Shown: positions 10,786-22,936, counted from the stretch's first letter. The stretch: DNA of 22,978 bases from Azolla caroliniana (GCA_043228905.1 JBHGNT010000492.1:1-22978), one strand, 5' to 3'. Notes: generated by a model from the letters alone, not told the origin. Made by a program: numbers and translations.

Positions 10786-10830
<45 letters not shown>
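10786..10830. repeat. (CT)n microsatellite in the TON2 promoter/5' UTR region
   Basis: Seen directly, ~320 bp upstream of the ATG. Confidence 0.9.
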
Positions 10831-10834
<4 letters not shown>

Positions 10835-10857
10835 TCGTGTGTGGTAGCCTTTATCAG

Positions 10858-10866
10858 AAACCCTAA
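10858..10866 (+). promoter_or_regulatory. Telo-box AAACCCTAA
   Basis: Exact motif ~290 bp upstream of the TON2 ATG. Function is inferred from position only. Confidence 0.5.
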
Positions 10867-11148
10867 TTTCCTTCCTTTCCCCCCTTCCAGCTTTGTATTG
10901 CACCCCAGAGCATTGGAAACACCCTGTTTCACCCTTCCCTTCTGCTTCAGGCCATCATCTTCTCCATAGTTTCAGCAGGCGCAAAGTAGGTGTTTGTGTT
11001 CGCGTTTTCGAGCTAATTACAGATTCACGAATGCGGATCCAGTTACTCCTCGGAAGAAGAAGAAGAAAAAGAAGAATATTGTCTTGTTTAGATTCTCTTT
11101 GAAGCTTCAACCTTTTCTTCAGCGAATAGGCCTATAAGTCTCACAACA

Positions 11149-14100
11149 ATGCATAGCGGCAGTGCCAGCAATGGAGATTCTCAGGATTCTTCCTCTTCCT
11201 CCTCCTCGATGTTGTGGGTGAGGAACCTCAAGAAATATGTCGGATCCGGAAATGGGCTAGGATCAGAAGCACTCATGGGTATGCTCTTTTTATGTCTACA
11301 TTGCATTGTGATGATATGGTATGTTTGTTTGCTAGTATTTACGCTGTTTGATGATTCGTGGGCTGTTTTATTCATTTTTGTATTCTTATTAGGTTCATAT
11401 ATGTGTTGTGATTCCTGGCATGTATGTATAATGTATTATGGTATGTTATTTATTTATTGCATTATGATCCATGGCATGTTTCTTAGTTTTATTTTGCGGT
11501 ATGATTCATATAATGTATCGTTTATCTTTTTTGCTTGCAACTCCCTATTAAAATGAGGAAGAAAGTTACGTAGCTTGTTAGTTTTGCATGACATTATGAT
11601 AATGACATTCATTGGTTCCAGAAATGTATCCTGTTGCTTGTCTCTTTGTGTTTGTAACAGTTTTTAACTTACACTTAATGCATGTATAGTATATTGATTT
11701 TTGTACATACGTGATATATTGGAAGGGAAAGTCCATGGGAAATCTGCTACTTAAGCCTTAAAAAAGTGTTTGTTTGTATTGAGTTTTGAGGTTTGAATTA
11801 CAGCATTTGACTTTAATTTTCTTTTAAGCACATGCCAGAGCTAGAAACCAAAAAGATTTTGCTTGAGGCATTCAAAGAACGACAGCAGAAGAATGCTCAA
11901 GCCGGGTCTCTTCCAACATTTTACAAAAAGGTCTGCTGGAGATTATTATGCTCAAATGCTCTCTAGGTTTCTATGTGCCACTCAATCAGTTATATTGTCA
12001 ATTCATACCATTTTTCTCTTTTTTGGGGAATGGCCAAGAGGATTTAGGGAAGTAACAAATACTTTGATGACTATGGGGAAAAAATCGGGGGTATTTCTGA
12101 GTCTTTCTATTATGTTGTTAGGGTTTATAGATTCCGTTCAATTGGTTTACTTGACTGTTTTGCAGAAACCTGCTGAGGGTTCTATAGGGAGCAAAGTTCA
12201 AAAGCTGGCAAGATTTACTTTTCTGAAAGTATGTGAGGTTTTATTTTGTTAATATTTGCTGTATGTGCAATTTTTGTCATGGGCAATAGGTTTGAAACGC
12301 TTAATGTTATTCAAATGCAGAAGCAAACTGAGCAATTGCTCAATGCTGATGATCTTGATACAATGTGGGTCTGCCTAAGAGAAAACTGTGTAGTTGACGA
12401 TGCAACTGGTGCTGAGAAGGTTTGTACGTTTTTCTGGATAGGAAAGATTCTCTAGGTCTTTTCCCAACTGTTTTGTGAATTAAACAACTGATTTTAAAGC
12501 ATACACTGAAGGATGCAAATGAAATAAATCATAATGTAGAACTTCTAAGCATTTTCATATTCTTGAAATACATGATTCTTATACTGCAGAAATTGGTAAG
12601 GTCTATTTATTTTCCAAAGTTGTTAAGAATCAAGCAAATATTATATTTTGGTCCAGTAAACCATGTCTCTTTTGATGAAGAAGAATATGCAGCAAGTACA
12701 TGGACCATCCCCCTCAATTTGATTTTTCATGGGTCGAAGGCAAATTTTTTTGTTGTCTTAAACCTACGTGGGCAGTTCGGTTGTTCACAGGTTTAGACGA
12801 TGCTGTAATGGTTGGGACAATTATGAACCTGGTTCTTGGCATTTTTTTTATTCATCTAGAACTCTAGAAAAGTTTTCTTTGTCTGGAGGAATGCCACGCA
12901 GATTCATGATTGCTTCTATCCTAATTTTTAGTGCAATATTACTTAATTCAAGAAACTTTTGATTTCTGTTAGTATGTGTTATGTAGCTCGTGTACACCAC
13001 TTTAAGATCGACAAGCTATAGGTTATATATATATATATATATATATATATGCTTACTTCATTCCTGTGAACTGCAGATGAATTATGAAGATTTCTGTCAC
13101 ATAGCAACCATATGCGCAGAGCAAATTGGTTCAAAATGTCGACGTTTTTTTTGCCCATCTAACTTTATGAAGTTTGAAAAGGATGAATTTGGAAGAATCG
13201 CCATCTTGCCATTCTATTTATATGTGATGCGCACTGTAAGGAATTGATAGTGTACCTTATGTATGCTAGAGAGTTCTTCTGCAACAGAAAATTTATGCAT
13301 AAATGTTTTGGACTTCCCAGGTTTCATTAACGCAAGCACGCATTGACATGAGTGAACTTGATGAGGATGCTGATGGTTTTTTGCAACCTCAGGTATTTTC
13401 ATAGCATATATCGTCCATATACTTCAGCAGACTTTATTGAATGGGTAGCTTGCTACTGGTTTTGAATTTTCTGTGTCTTTTCTTTTTAAATAGATTATAC
13501 ATTGGATTTGAAGGTTTATTTATTTATTGCTTGAACTCCTGAATTATTAATTCATAACAAGAGCATAATTATTTAATTGCATGTGGGATGTTATGTATGA
13601 TAATGACTAAGCAAGGAAGCAAATATAGAGTGTTTCAGAGATATTACCGATGATTTTGAAACAATCTGTGGGGTGCATAAATCTGGATAAATGAGAAAGA
13701 AGAATCCCGGCCAATTTTATAGATTTAAGCCAAATATTATTTGTTTTCTATGCTTTTCTGGCATTTGCTACATTACTTCAGGTATTTGTACTAAAATATT
13801 TCAGTTTCATCTTAATTATTCTTAAGGAAATGGAGTCATACATCAGGGGCCTTATCCCTAACTTAGCACAACTCAGGGATATTCCAGGGCCATTCTTGCC
13901 AATGTATTGCCGTATAGCGGTGCGAAAATTCTTCTTCTTTTGTGATCCACATAGGCGAGGTATCTTGTATATACCTATCCATTTTTCATGTATAGAAAAA
14001 ACCAAGTGTCTATTTTTGCCTATTTATTTACTAGACCCAACACATCTGTCAACTGTACCAGTCATTTATTTGCAGGAAAACTCTGTATAAAGAAGGTTCT

Positions 14101-15339
14101 TTTGAGCAATTGCCTCGCAGAATTGATGGAACTTCACCAGGTGCTGTTGAAATTACTGATTGTGAACTACATCTTTTGTTATTTCTATACTCTCAAAAAT
14201 ATTTTGTATTCTAATGTAGGAAGTGGAGGATGAAGCAGCTGAAGGAGAGCAGACAGAGAATTGGTTCTCTTTGGGGAGTGCTCAACGAATATGTGGTAAG
14301 GGTCAACGACAATCCACTCGTCCATAATTGTAGCTGTTAGATTAGGCACGTTATCTAATGCCATATGGTTTCAGTTTTGGATTTGATATTCTTGATGGAA
14401 CACATGTCTGCAGATGTGTTCTTGTCGTTGGACAAAGATATGAATGGAACTTTAAGCAAACAAGAACTTCAAGAGTATGCTGAAGGCACACTTACGGAGA
14501 TCTTCATTGAACGTGGTTAGTTTCAAGACTTTGATTGTTCCAGTAGAATCACATTCAATCTCTCATGGCGTTATCATTGCATGTCTCTGCGATACAAAGA
14601 AATTTATAAACCACTACTTGGGTGCAGTTTTTGATGAGCATGTGAGACGGAGTAGGAGCAGTGGAGGAAGTGGTCGAGAAATGGACTTCGAGAGCTTTTT
14701 AGACTTTGTATTGGCGCTCGAGAATAAGGATACATCAGAGGGTTTGACTTACTTGTTTCGATGTCTGGATTTGCAGAATCGAGGATTTTTAACCACAGTG
14801 GATATTCATACACTGTTCAGGCAAATGCTCTCAATATTTCTATACATTTTCTTATCTGCCGTGAAAGTTATCATGCTTTTAATCTGGCTCATAGTTCCAC
14901 CAAACCATTTAAGCTTCTATCATATTCTAGTCCACATAAGATTTTCTCAAATAAAGAAAGGTATTGCCATATTTGTGTTTCCTGAAACTGACATTTCCAT
15001 CGTGAATGTGTGCACTGGTGCACTGGTGGACTACAGAGATCCAAAAGAGGTTTTGCTTGAATTTATTTACCTGTTTTTTATGTGCTTTTTTTTTGTAGGG
15101 ATGTGCATCGGAAGTGGATTGAAGGTGGGAATTACGACCTTTGTATTGAGGATGTTAGGGATGAGATTTGGGACATGGTGAAACCTCAGGATCCTTTGAG
15201 GCTTACATTGCAAGACTTGCTTCAGTGCAGACAAGGAGGTACTGTGGCAAGCATGTTAACAGATGTGCGAGGGTTTTGGGCTCATGACAATAGAGAGAAC
15301 CTCCTTCAAGAAGAGGAAGAGGTAGAAGAGGAAGAATGA
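11149..15339 (+). CDS. TON2: PP2A regulatory subunit B'' TONNEAU2/FASS (474 aa, 12 coding exons)
   Basis: Exons 11149-11278, 11839-11930, 12166-12228, 12321-12419, 13077-13235, 13321-13392, 13827-13959, 14076-14140, 14220-14295, 14414-14515, 14628-14820 and 15099-15339 join in frame (1425 nt). Recognisable motifs are LWVRNL, GLGSEALMELETK, MWVCLRENC, FEKDEFGRIAILPFYLYVMR, EF-hand-like LDKDMNGTLSKQE and GFWAHDNRENL. All introns are GT-AG except intron 11 (GC-AG). Confidence 0.96.
13024..13050. repeat. (TA)n microsatellite in TON2 intron 4
   Basis: Seen directly. Confidence 0.95.
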
Positions 15340-15967
15340 AGCAACGTCCTCCAGAACCCTCTCTCTTGTTACAATATATAAAAACCATTCAGTTTCTAAT
15401 TGGCTGAAATCCTGGCTTGGTCTAACATAGGCTGTTCTTTCTAAATGGTTCCACCCCTTCCCCACAAAAAAGGAAATATAGGGTGATTCTACTGGTTGGC
15501 TTACTTAAAGAATCTCACCTATAGACTTTGAAATGATGTAATGTGTAAACAAACATGTTTCTGATGGGTCCGCCGTATGCAATTTTTCTTTACTTTTGAG
15601 CTTAAGGTTATCATTGTTACGACTTTGTGTTTAGGTTTTCAATGTTAACAGATTACCATGAATAGTCCTTCAAATTTTACGTTTATGTCCCAAACTGTGA
15701 TGATATCCCTAAAATGTTTATATGTCATTGGTTATGCCTCCTGTTTGTACTATAAAGGCTTAAAAGTCATGTGACTGTAGACTATTTGAACCCATTTACA
15801 AGTTATTTTAGCATGATACATACCATATTAAACCTATGATTTAACTGTATACATGAAGCCTTCTTGTGTACCAGACTCTTGTTGCCAGTTTGGTTTATTG
15901 GCCAATGTAGAATTTGAAAACTACATATAGAAAGCCTATACGTATCATTTGCATTGTCACTAGCACA

Positions 15968-16081
15968 GTTTCATCCTAAATTCCATGATTACACAATGGG
16001 TTCAAGTTTGCTTCATAACATTTCGGTTTCATGCTAAAATCCATGCTTACGCAATAGGTTTCAGGTCTGTTTCCTATCACA
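15968..16081. repeat. Diverged ~58-bp tandem duplication between the convergent genes
   Basis: GTTTCATCCTAAATTCCATGATTACACAATGGGTT at 15968 versus GTTTCATGCTAAAATCCATGCTTACGCAATAGGTT at 16026. Confidence 0.8.
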
Positions 16082-16511
16082 GCACAGGACAAATATGTTT
16101 GCTGCAGAATCAGTAGAACAAAATGCTATTATTATGTCTATTCAAAACCCAATAGTAATTACAATTCACTGCCAGACCGCAGGACTATTTGTCCTCTTTA
16201 ACCATTGCTTTTTAGGCTATTACTGGAAGTATCAGTTAGAACTTAAAGAGTCATGAGACACAGTCACAACTGAACTCTCAAATATTAATGCCTATACTTA
16301 TACTCCTGTAGACCATGAAAAAATCCATCAATCCCAAGAATGTTATCTTTAACATTACCCAATTGTAAGTTGCTTTCGGAGCATCACGAGATGGAAATAT
16401 ACTAAAAAGATCAAGAATTACACATGAAATGCTTGCAAAGACCACATTGGCACTTTGCTTACTGAGTGTAGAATATATGCATGTACACGAAAAAAAATAG
16501 GCTGCTCCAGA

Positions 16512-19500
16512 CTAGCTGAGAAGAAATTTAAAGACATCACTCAATGTAATAATGCCTTCGATCTGCCGACTCCCTGCTTCTACACAAATAATTCTACGAA
16601 CACCTGCAAAAGAACATGCAAAGCTCATTCTCTGGATAATGGTAAGTTCCAGCATTAATATAAATTCTTTAAAGGAAGAAACCTACCAGGTATTGCCAAC
16701 CGCTCCAATATGACCTGTAAGGCATCAGTGCGAAGGCACATCTGGCATCTTAAAACAGGAGTCGTCCCTACTGAACTTCTTCCATCATGCATCAACTGCA
16801 AAGCCTGTCATAGATTCCAACATAATGTTATTATGAAGCTCTGCAACGTGAAAGCTGACACTATTTCATGGGTGACATTGTATCTTACGGAATGCATCAA
16901 AATGAAAAGGACACCTCTAAGCATAAACAACTCTGACTCCATTTCAAAACGAATTGTATATTACAATGTTCCTTTTTGGCTTATCAAAACATTCACCCAG
17001 CTCATAAAAGAAAATTTATTTCTTGAGGTAGACTTTGGTGTTCTTTGGTTTAGAACAAGCCGAGAGAAGATCCGTCCATTCATATTCAAACATTTTCCAA
17101 GAAAATCAATATATGTAGAATACAATTAGTTGCTGGTTACTCAAATTAATGCGTGAAAGTTCTCACTTGTTCAACTGTCAGATGCTCGAGCTGCACATGC
17201 ACATATGTATTGTCCCTTGCCAGAGCTATAATGTCACTGGAAAAGAAAAACATGCAAAAGCCACAGTTCAAAACATCTCTACATAATTAAAAATCTCTTC
17301 CCTTTTTCAAATGTTAGTTATCACAACGTGCTAACATGCACTCTTGAATTATAACATTCGTTTCTTTTGAGTTTTTGTTCTCATATTTAAACAGAAACCA
17401 ACAGAGTTTCGGATTCTTTAGTGATTTAAATGACACAAAAAAAAAAGATGGTTCTGTCTAAGAGGCCAATTTTGACCAATGCGACCAAATCAACATATCA
17501 TCTTGTGTGTGACTCCTTCCTAAGAATGCATGCATGCACATATGTGCTCATAGAGAGACTCAGCGAAAGACAGGGGGTCTCAGAATCCTATTAAAACCCC
17601 TGTAGAATTTTCTTCATAGGCCATATTTACATCTGTAAATTCTGATAGATTTATTTATTTATCTATGTACATATATGTGCACACGCCTCAATTACTCATG
17701 AACCTGCCAAAGATATGTTCAATTCAATTCCAGAAGAATTAGAGTAGAATAAGGGCAAACCTTCTTGCATAGACATCAACCAAAGATCCATTCTCATCTA
17801 CAATTGGTATCGAACTCACTCCTGCAAAATGAAAAAGCACAATTTTCCATTCCCTTCTGTAATTTATAAGCATTGTTCTAAAACCTGAGAAACTAATACA
17901 ACACAATTTGAATGACTGTAAATAAAAATAAAAGAACACCATGTCAGGTTAATCATAACTTTATTCTCCATTATCCCTAAAATCAGGTGATTATGGACAC
18001 GGCATAAGAATTCCCGTTTCCAAACCTTGATTGTTATTGTGGACAGTATATAACAATGAGAAGAGAAGCCAACAAGTATGATGCAAATTGTTATTATTTT
18101 GAATGGGCTTGGTACTGATAGAAACGTAATATGAAATGATCATGCCAATTATTCAGGTGAAGGTTTGAAACCTTGATTGAGAACTGCTAGTGCAGTGCTT
18201 AGAGGAGAAGTTGCCCTGAGCACTGCAAGCTGCTGATTAGGACTATCGCCTCTCCATGTTCCCAATGGCAAAGAACCAATTGGCTGATTAAGAAGTGGTA
18301 ATGATCCAAGTGAATGCTGAAAATGTCTACATACACCTGCATACACCACTAATTGCAAATTAGAGAAATCTGGTCGTTCCTATGTGAAGGGATCTCCCGA
18401 ACTCCAAGAGTTGACAAAAAAAGCTTTTTGATTGAAGGAAATTAGTGTATTCAGGACACGCATATATTTATCCAATTAATCTGAGAAGCATAATAATCCC
18501 CTTACATTTTAAAACATCTGAGAGAGTGGCCAGATGCAAAAGTTGTGGCAATTTTTTCTCCTGGGCTGGGAAATAGAGAACAGGCACAGAGGTCACCTGA
18601 TGGTGCAACAGTTTCTGTGCCACCTCCTTCAAGGAGTCATCCGAAGTGACCTAATCATAATGAATGGGGACATCGTTATCAGTATTGAAAGTCTATATAT
18701 GAGAATTTGTTTCTAGTAGCCAAGTTTCAAAGTCACAATTTATATTGCCAACAAATTAGCTCAATTATCACCAATCACATCTCCTCGTCTTCAACAATCT
18801 CAACCCAAAGATGTGCACCTAAAAATAGGAGCAAAATACATTTCTTCATACATCAGATTCAAGATGTCGGTGCAATACCGATGCAAATTAAGAGAAGCAA
18901 AGCAGACCACGGACCCTTGACAGGGAAGATGGGAAGGACCAGTCCTGGGAAATATTATATATTAACTTCTGTCTGGCTCTCATATCAGTAACTTAAGGAA
19001 ACCCTAGAACATACAAAATTAAAAGCCAAAGAGACCTCAAAATTATCACAGATCTTCAATTTATTTAGTGATGTCAACTTAGCTTTATTAACTTGTACAG
19101 GATGTATGTATTCCATCTTCCTATGGAAGCCTTTGCCTACTTCAGTACTAATGTTACCAAAGGACTCTCCCAAGTCAATGAACTTACAAAAAATAGAATA
19201 GTTGATTCTATACTTTTACTCTTCTGGCTTTGAGTGGAACTTGGCATGCACATCAATGAGGATATACTAAACAGAATGGTCATGCCAATGTCATGGTCCA
19301 TCCTTATTCACTAGTTCCAGCAAGTTGAGAATCTAAACCCCATGCAAGATCTTCCTAGCAGCATCATACTGCAATTTCCCTTTCAAATATTCCACGATGC
19401 ATATGAATTTGGCCATTCTAAGGCCATGTCATTTTGCATTACTGTCAATACTTGACTTGAATGTTCACTGATCCCAGCAGATATCTATGTCAACAATGCA

Positions 19501-19970
19501 TTGTTTATAATTAATGATATGCACTTAAGTGCATGATTTAAGAAAATGCCCCTTCTCAGGTTATAACTAGTGATATCGATGCATCACATATTCTATTAAT
19601 CCTCCAAGACCTGGAATTATCTTCAATAGTATCAAAGATTGCTTCTTTAGAGCATTTTAGGTGTACAACAGTACAGTATCCAACTATATGCATGCAAACA
19701 TGCATCTGAACTCAATCCATAAAGCTTGCAGACATGCTACGGGCACTGCTTCACAGAAGTCAAAAAATACATACATCACACCCACTTGATGATTAAAATG
19801 CAATACATATTCACAGTTGGAAATGCTAAAATAAAACGAGTGAATCTCACATAATGAAGACAGCGTCTTCTAAGCATCTTCTCTCCACTCCTGATTTTTC
19901 CATCTTTCCATGCAGCTATAGTGTGCGTTTCCAATTCCTCCTCAGATAGAGTTGCCCGCTGGCTTCCAAG
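16512..19970 (-). CDS. SNF4: SnRK1 beta-gamma subunit (SNF4/KINbetagamma, CBS domains); last 7 exons, 5' exons outside the window
   Basis: Exons 19970-19851, 18650-18506, 18336-18172, 17821-17761, 17236-17167, 16804-16687 and 16603-16512 join in frame (256 aa plus TAG) with GT-AG introns. Motifs include [58 protein letters not shown] and [30 protein letters not shown]. Confidence 0.94.
17462..17550 (-). mobile_element. Short 3'-end fragment of the RTE-type LINE family, in a SNF4 intron
   Basis: The reverse complement of 17462-17526 matches 22102-22166 at 58/65 nt. The adjacent CACATATGTGCAT matches ~22042-22054. Confidence 0.8.
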
Positions 19971-20879
19971 CTGGAATAAGTATTGAAAAATCTTTAAACG
20001 TCACAATTTTGGTCACTACATCATAGACATGCTTGTGTGAGAAGAAAAGCAAGAACTAAAACAAAACAACCCTCGCTCATGTTATGGAATGGTTGATCTA
20101 CAGAATCAAGTTACCAAATGATGATTTACCTTCAGTAACTAACTCAAAAGATGGAATTCCAGATTTTTTACACGTACAAATCATAACCAAGACAAACTTT
20201 GGCTTCGAAGACTGGTAGAGGAAAAATACGTAGAAGTAAAACTTGTAAACGTTTGAGGGCAATCTCAAGAATTCACAAAAACTAGATCAGTGGGAGATTG
20301 TTCTGAGATGCCAAAATCGCCAGTGAAACCTCCTCCCCCCCAAAAAAATAAAAAACAATATTAACGAGCTCTTGACCTGAAATTGATACATACAACAAGC
20401 TAGACTAGAGATTACATCTTAAAATGTTATCCTATATAAATCTGCAAGACTAGTAAAACTGCTTAACACACCGCATATTCTCATGAACCAAGATTTTTAG
20501 CTTCAAGGAACTGCAACTTCTTAGCTTAGATATTGTCATTAGCTAAGCACTTAATTTCTAAGCTTAGAAGCTCCAAAAGTTCTGCCTTCAAAAGAGCACC
20601 GGAACTTCTGCCTTTGAAATATTTCCAGCATGGGCTAATGTAAGATGAAGAGTTCTCCAAAATGAGGAAAGCACTTTAAGTGTTGGGTGATAATGGCCTT
20701 GATTTGTCAATAACAAGGATGATAGGACCATGACAGAGATGGATGTGGCCTAATCTATTGTAAACAATTTCAAATGTTGTGGTCAAGAACCGATTTATGT
20801 ATTTTTTGATTGACTTGTAGCGTGAGGACTGATGGTGCTGATGCAGGTTGTGACAGCCCTAATTGTTGCCTTTTGACAA

Positions 20880-21145
20880 CTTCTCTCTATGTCTCTTGAT
20901 TTGTAGCAAGGATAGTCACAAACATTGTTGTTCTTCATATTCCATTATCCTCCACAGTAGACCAGAGCCTTGCTTGAAGAGGTAGTTGTATATTCCACTT
21001 ATTTCATGAAAAAAAAACATGGCAAACATAGTATTCCTCTTATTCCACATCCAAAGGGTACAGATGGCAAATTTGCTCTCCCAAAGTTTTGTGAGCAGAT
21101 AAACCTGTCGCAATTTCTAATTGTCCTGATTTTCCCTATCACAGT
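20880..21145 (-). mobile_element. Decayed 3' end of an RTE/RTEX-type LINE ORF (second family)
   Basis: Manual translation across frameshifts gives GKIRT/QLEIATG...EQICHLYPLDVE*EEYYVCH...FHEISGIYNYLFKQGSGLLWRIMEYEEQQCL, a degenerate C-terminal Cys/His domain. Confidence 0.6.
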
Positions 21146-21167
21146 ACATAGAGCATGAGAGAGATCA

Positions 21168-22212
21168 ATCTACAAACAGGTGGAATGTATGCTATGAATC
21201 ATGGCTTCAAGCAAGTTGGAATAGTTACTATATGTTCGAGAATCAATGTAGCCAAAGTGATACTTGAGGATGGGAAGTGAGGTTGGTCATATTCAATGCT
21301 ATGGTAGTCCAATGTTGCTTTATGGAATGTTAGTGAGGGGTGGCACTATCTCAATTGTGGATAAAATCCTCAACATCTTATCCTATCCTGCTGTTAGAAA
21401 CATGTGCTTCGCCCATAGAGGTACTAGCCATGTAAAGAGTATACAAGTATATAACAAAAGTCAAGAATATGCCCTGATCATAGATTGCCAAACAAGCTTG
21501 GAGCATAGGATGCAAAGTACAAAAAACTAGTAAGAGCAAAATCCTCTCATCTGGATGGATGCTTGACATTATGAAATGGTTTTAAGGATGGGGAATAAAA
21601 TATCTATTGGAGCTCTCAGTGATGATATGAAGTATGTGATCATTGAGGATAGATTACTAGAGGCACAAAGGATGGCAAGTTGCAAAAATGTCAAAATTGG
21701 AATATTACATTGCAAATATTAACCCCCAATATTGGCCCCAACACAAGGAAAAAATGCCAACACATATTCAATCTCATCTCACTACCCCCATGAGCCCTGG
21801 CTCTTGGAGATCCTTAACACTTCTTTGAACTTGCTCACACAAGTTAGGTGTTGAGGTAGCATCATGGCATCATGACGCAAATATGAAGATATGCAAGGCA
21901 CGCAATGAAAACCTAGTGGAGGATGAATATCACTTATTTATCACACTCGGAGTACTAGGTAATTCGTGAGAAAAATGATGACTTGTTAAACAGGCGTGAT
22001 AATGTGAGTGGCATACTCAAATTTCCACTGCGAAGGGTGACCACATATGTGCATACATTATTCTCATGTCGATAATTTTTACTACAGAGTAGTAAACCCC
22101 CTTCTTAGGGGTGAGTCACATGCAAGATGATATGTTGATTTGGTCCCATAGGTCAAAATTGGCCTCATCATGCATGATAAAATTTCTATTCTATTATGTT
22201 CTATCTATCTAT
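21168..22212 (+). mobile_element. 5'-truncated RTE/RTEX-type LINE (post-RT C-terminus, 3' UTR, TCTA tail) in a SNF4 intron
   Basis: Translation with stops and shifts gives WNSYYMFENQC...LVIFNAMVVQ/LLYGM...TSYPILLLET...KQAW...WMLDIMKWF...SKLEYY...LTLL*TCSHKLGVEVASW...ICKARNENLVEDEYHLFIT...SKPPS* (TAG 22106-22108), then a short UTR and a TTCTA/TCTA repeat tail. Confidence 0.8.
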
Positions 22213-22776
22213 AAAACATAGGTGTGCATAACAAGACCTAAATCCATCTTGCAACAAGTGTAAAAAGAGGGCCTTATTGTAAGACATCTTCCTACCAAGA
22301 GGAGTCGTGGGGCTAATCCATGTACTCTCATTACATTTTAATATTATAAGTTCAGATCACTCTCTTATTTCCCATTTTGGTCATGCATAAGTATAGACAA
22401 CCCATGCTATATTGGAGCCATCTAGTGCATTTATATTTATTCCACGTGATTTGAACAATTCTACAATGAATATCTCCATGTCTTGCCAGCATGAGAGAGA
22501 AAATATTGAAGGTGTTCATGAGAAATAACCATCAAATTGGAGTATGTTTGCTTTGGAAATTCCCAAATCTGCTGGATATAAATCACAGATTGAAAGTGAA
22601 AATTTCACCATTGAAGCTGGCTCCCATCTCAGCCATTATCATGGGGACTGATGCTTTAATCCCTATCAGGCAAGAAATCATCAAGACTACTGATCTCTCC
22701 AATCGAATGCTTGGTTGCAAGTTTCTACCCCTTAGAGAAGAGCTGGTTTATGAGAGAGAGGGGAAAGACTAAGAAA

Positions 22777-22899
22777 GAAAGCGTAGCTCAGTTGGTAAGG
22801 TTGTCCAGCAGAGACAAAAAGGTTGTGCATTCAACCCCTACATTCCAAAGGAGGACGTAGATTAGTAAGAGCATGGGACACAGGTAGGGTATAGGCCTC

Positions 22900-22932
<33 letters not shown>
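22777..22932 (+). mobile_element. tRNA-derived SINE-like element or tRNA pseudogene followed by (GA)n
   Basis: A-box TAGCTCAGTTGG at 22784-22795, anticodon-like arm TTGTC-CAGCAGA-GACAA at 22801-22817, degenerate T-arm TTCAACCCCTAC, no good acceptor stem, and (GA)n at 22904-22932. Confidence 0.55.

Positions 22933-22936
<4 letters not shown>

Noticed and set aside
10218-10969. Several 70-120 aa ORFs upstream of TON2
   Set aside because: Mostly driven by dinucleotide repeats (SLSL, ERER, THTH), with no coding signature.
14477-15181. 234-aa ORF as a standalone gene
   Set aside because: It is TON2 exon 11 read through its flanking introns.
17462-17635. MITE with terminal inverted repeats
   Set aside because: The apparent TIRs are better explained as LINE/SINE 3' ends in opposite orientations, and no TSD was seen.
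19519-19534. 16-bp perfect palindrome ATGCACTTAAGTGCAT
   Set aside because: Isolated and intronic with no supporting context, so plausibly chance.
20880-22212. Twin-priming (5' inverted) single LINE insertion
   Set aside because: The + strand piece continues to its own Cys/His domain, stop and tail, and the - strand piece has a different version of that domain. These are two independent elements.
22491-22772. 93-aa ORF or a further SNF4 exon
   Set aside because: No recognisable motif, and the expected upstream SNF4 peptide (APLWD...DFILIL) was not seen on the minus strand.
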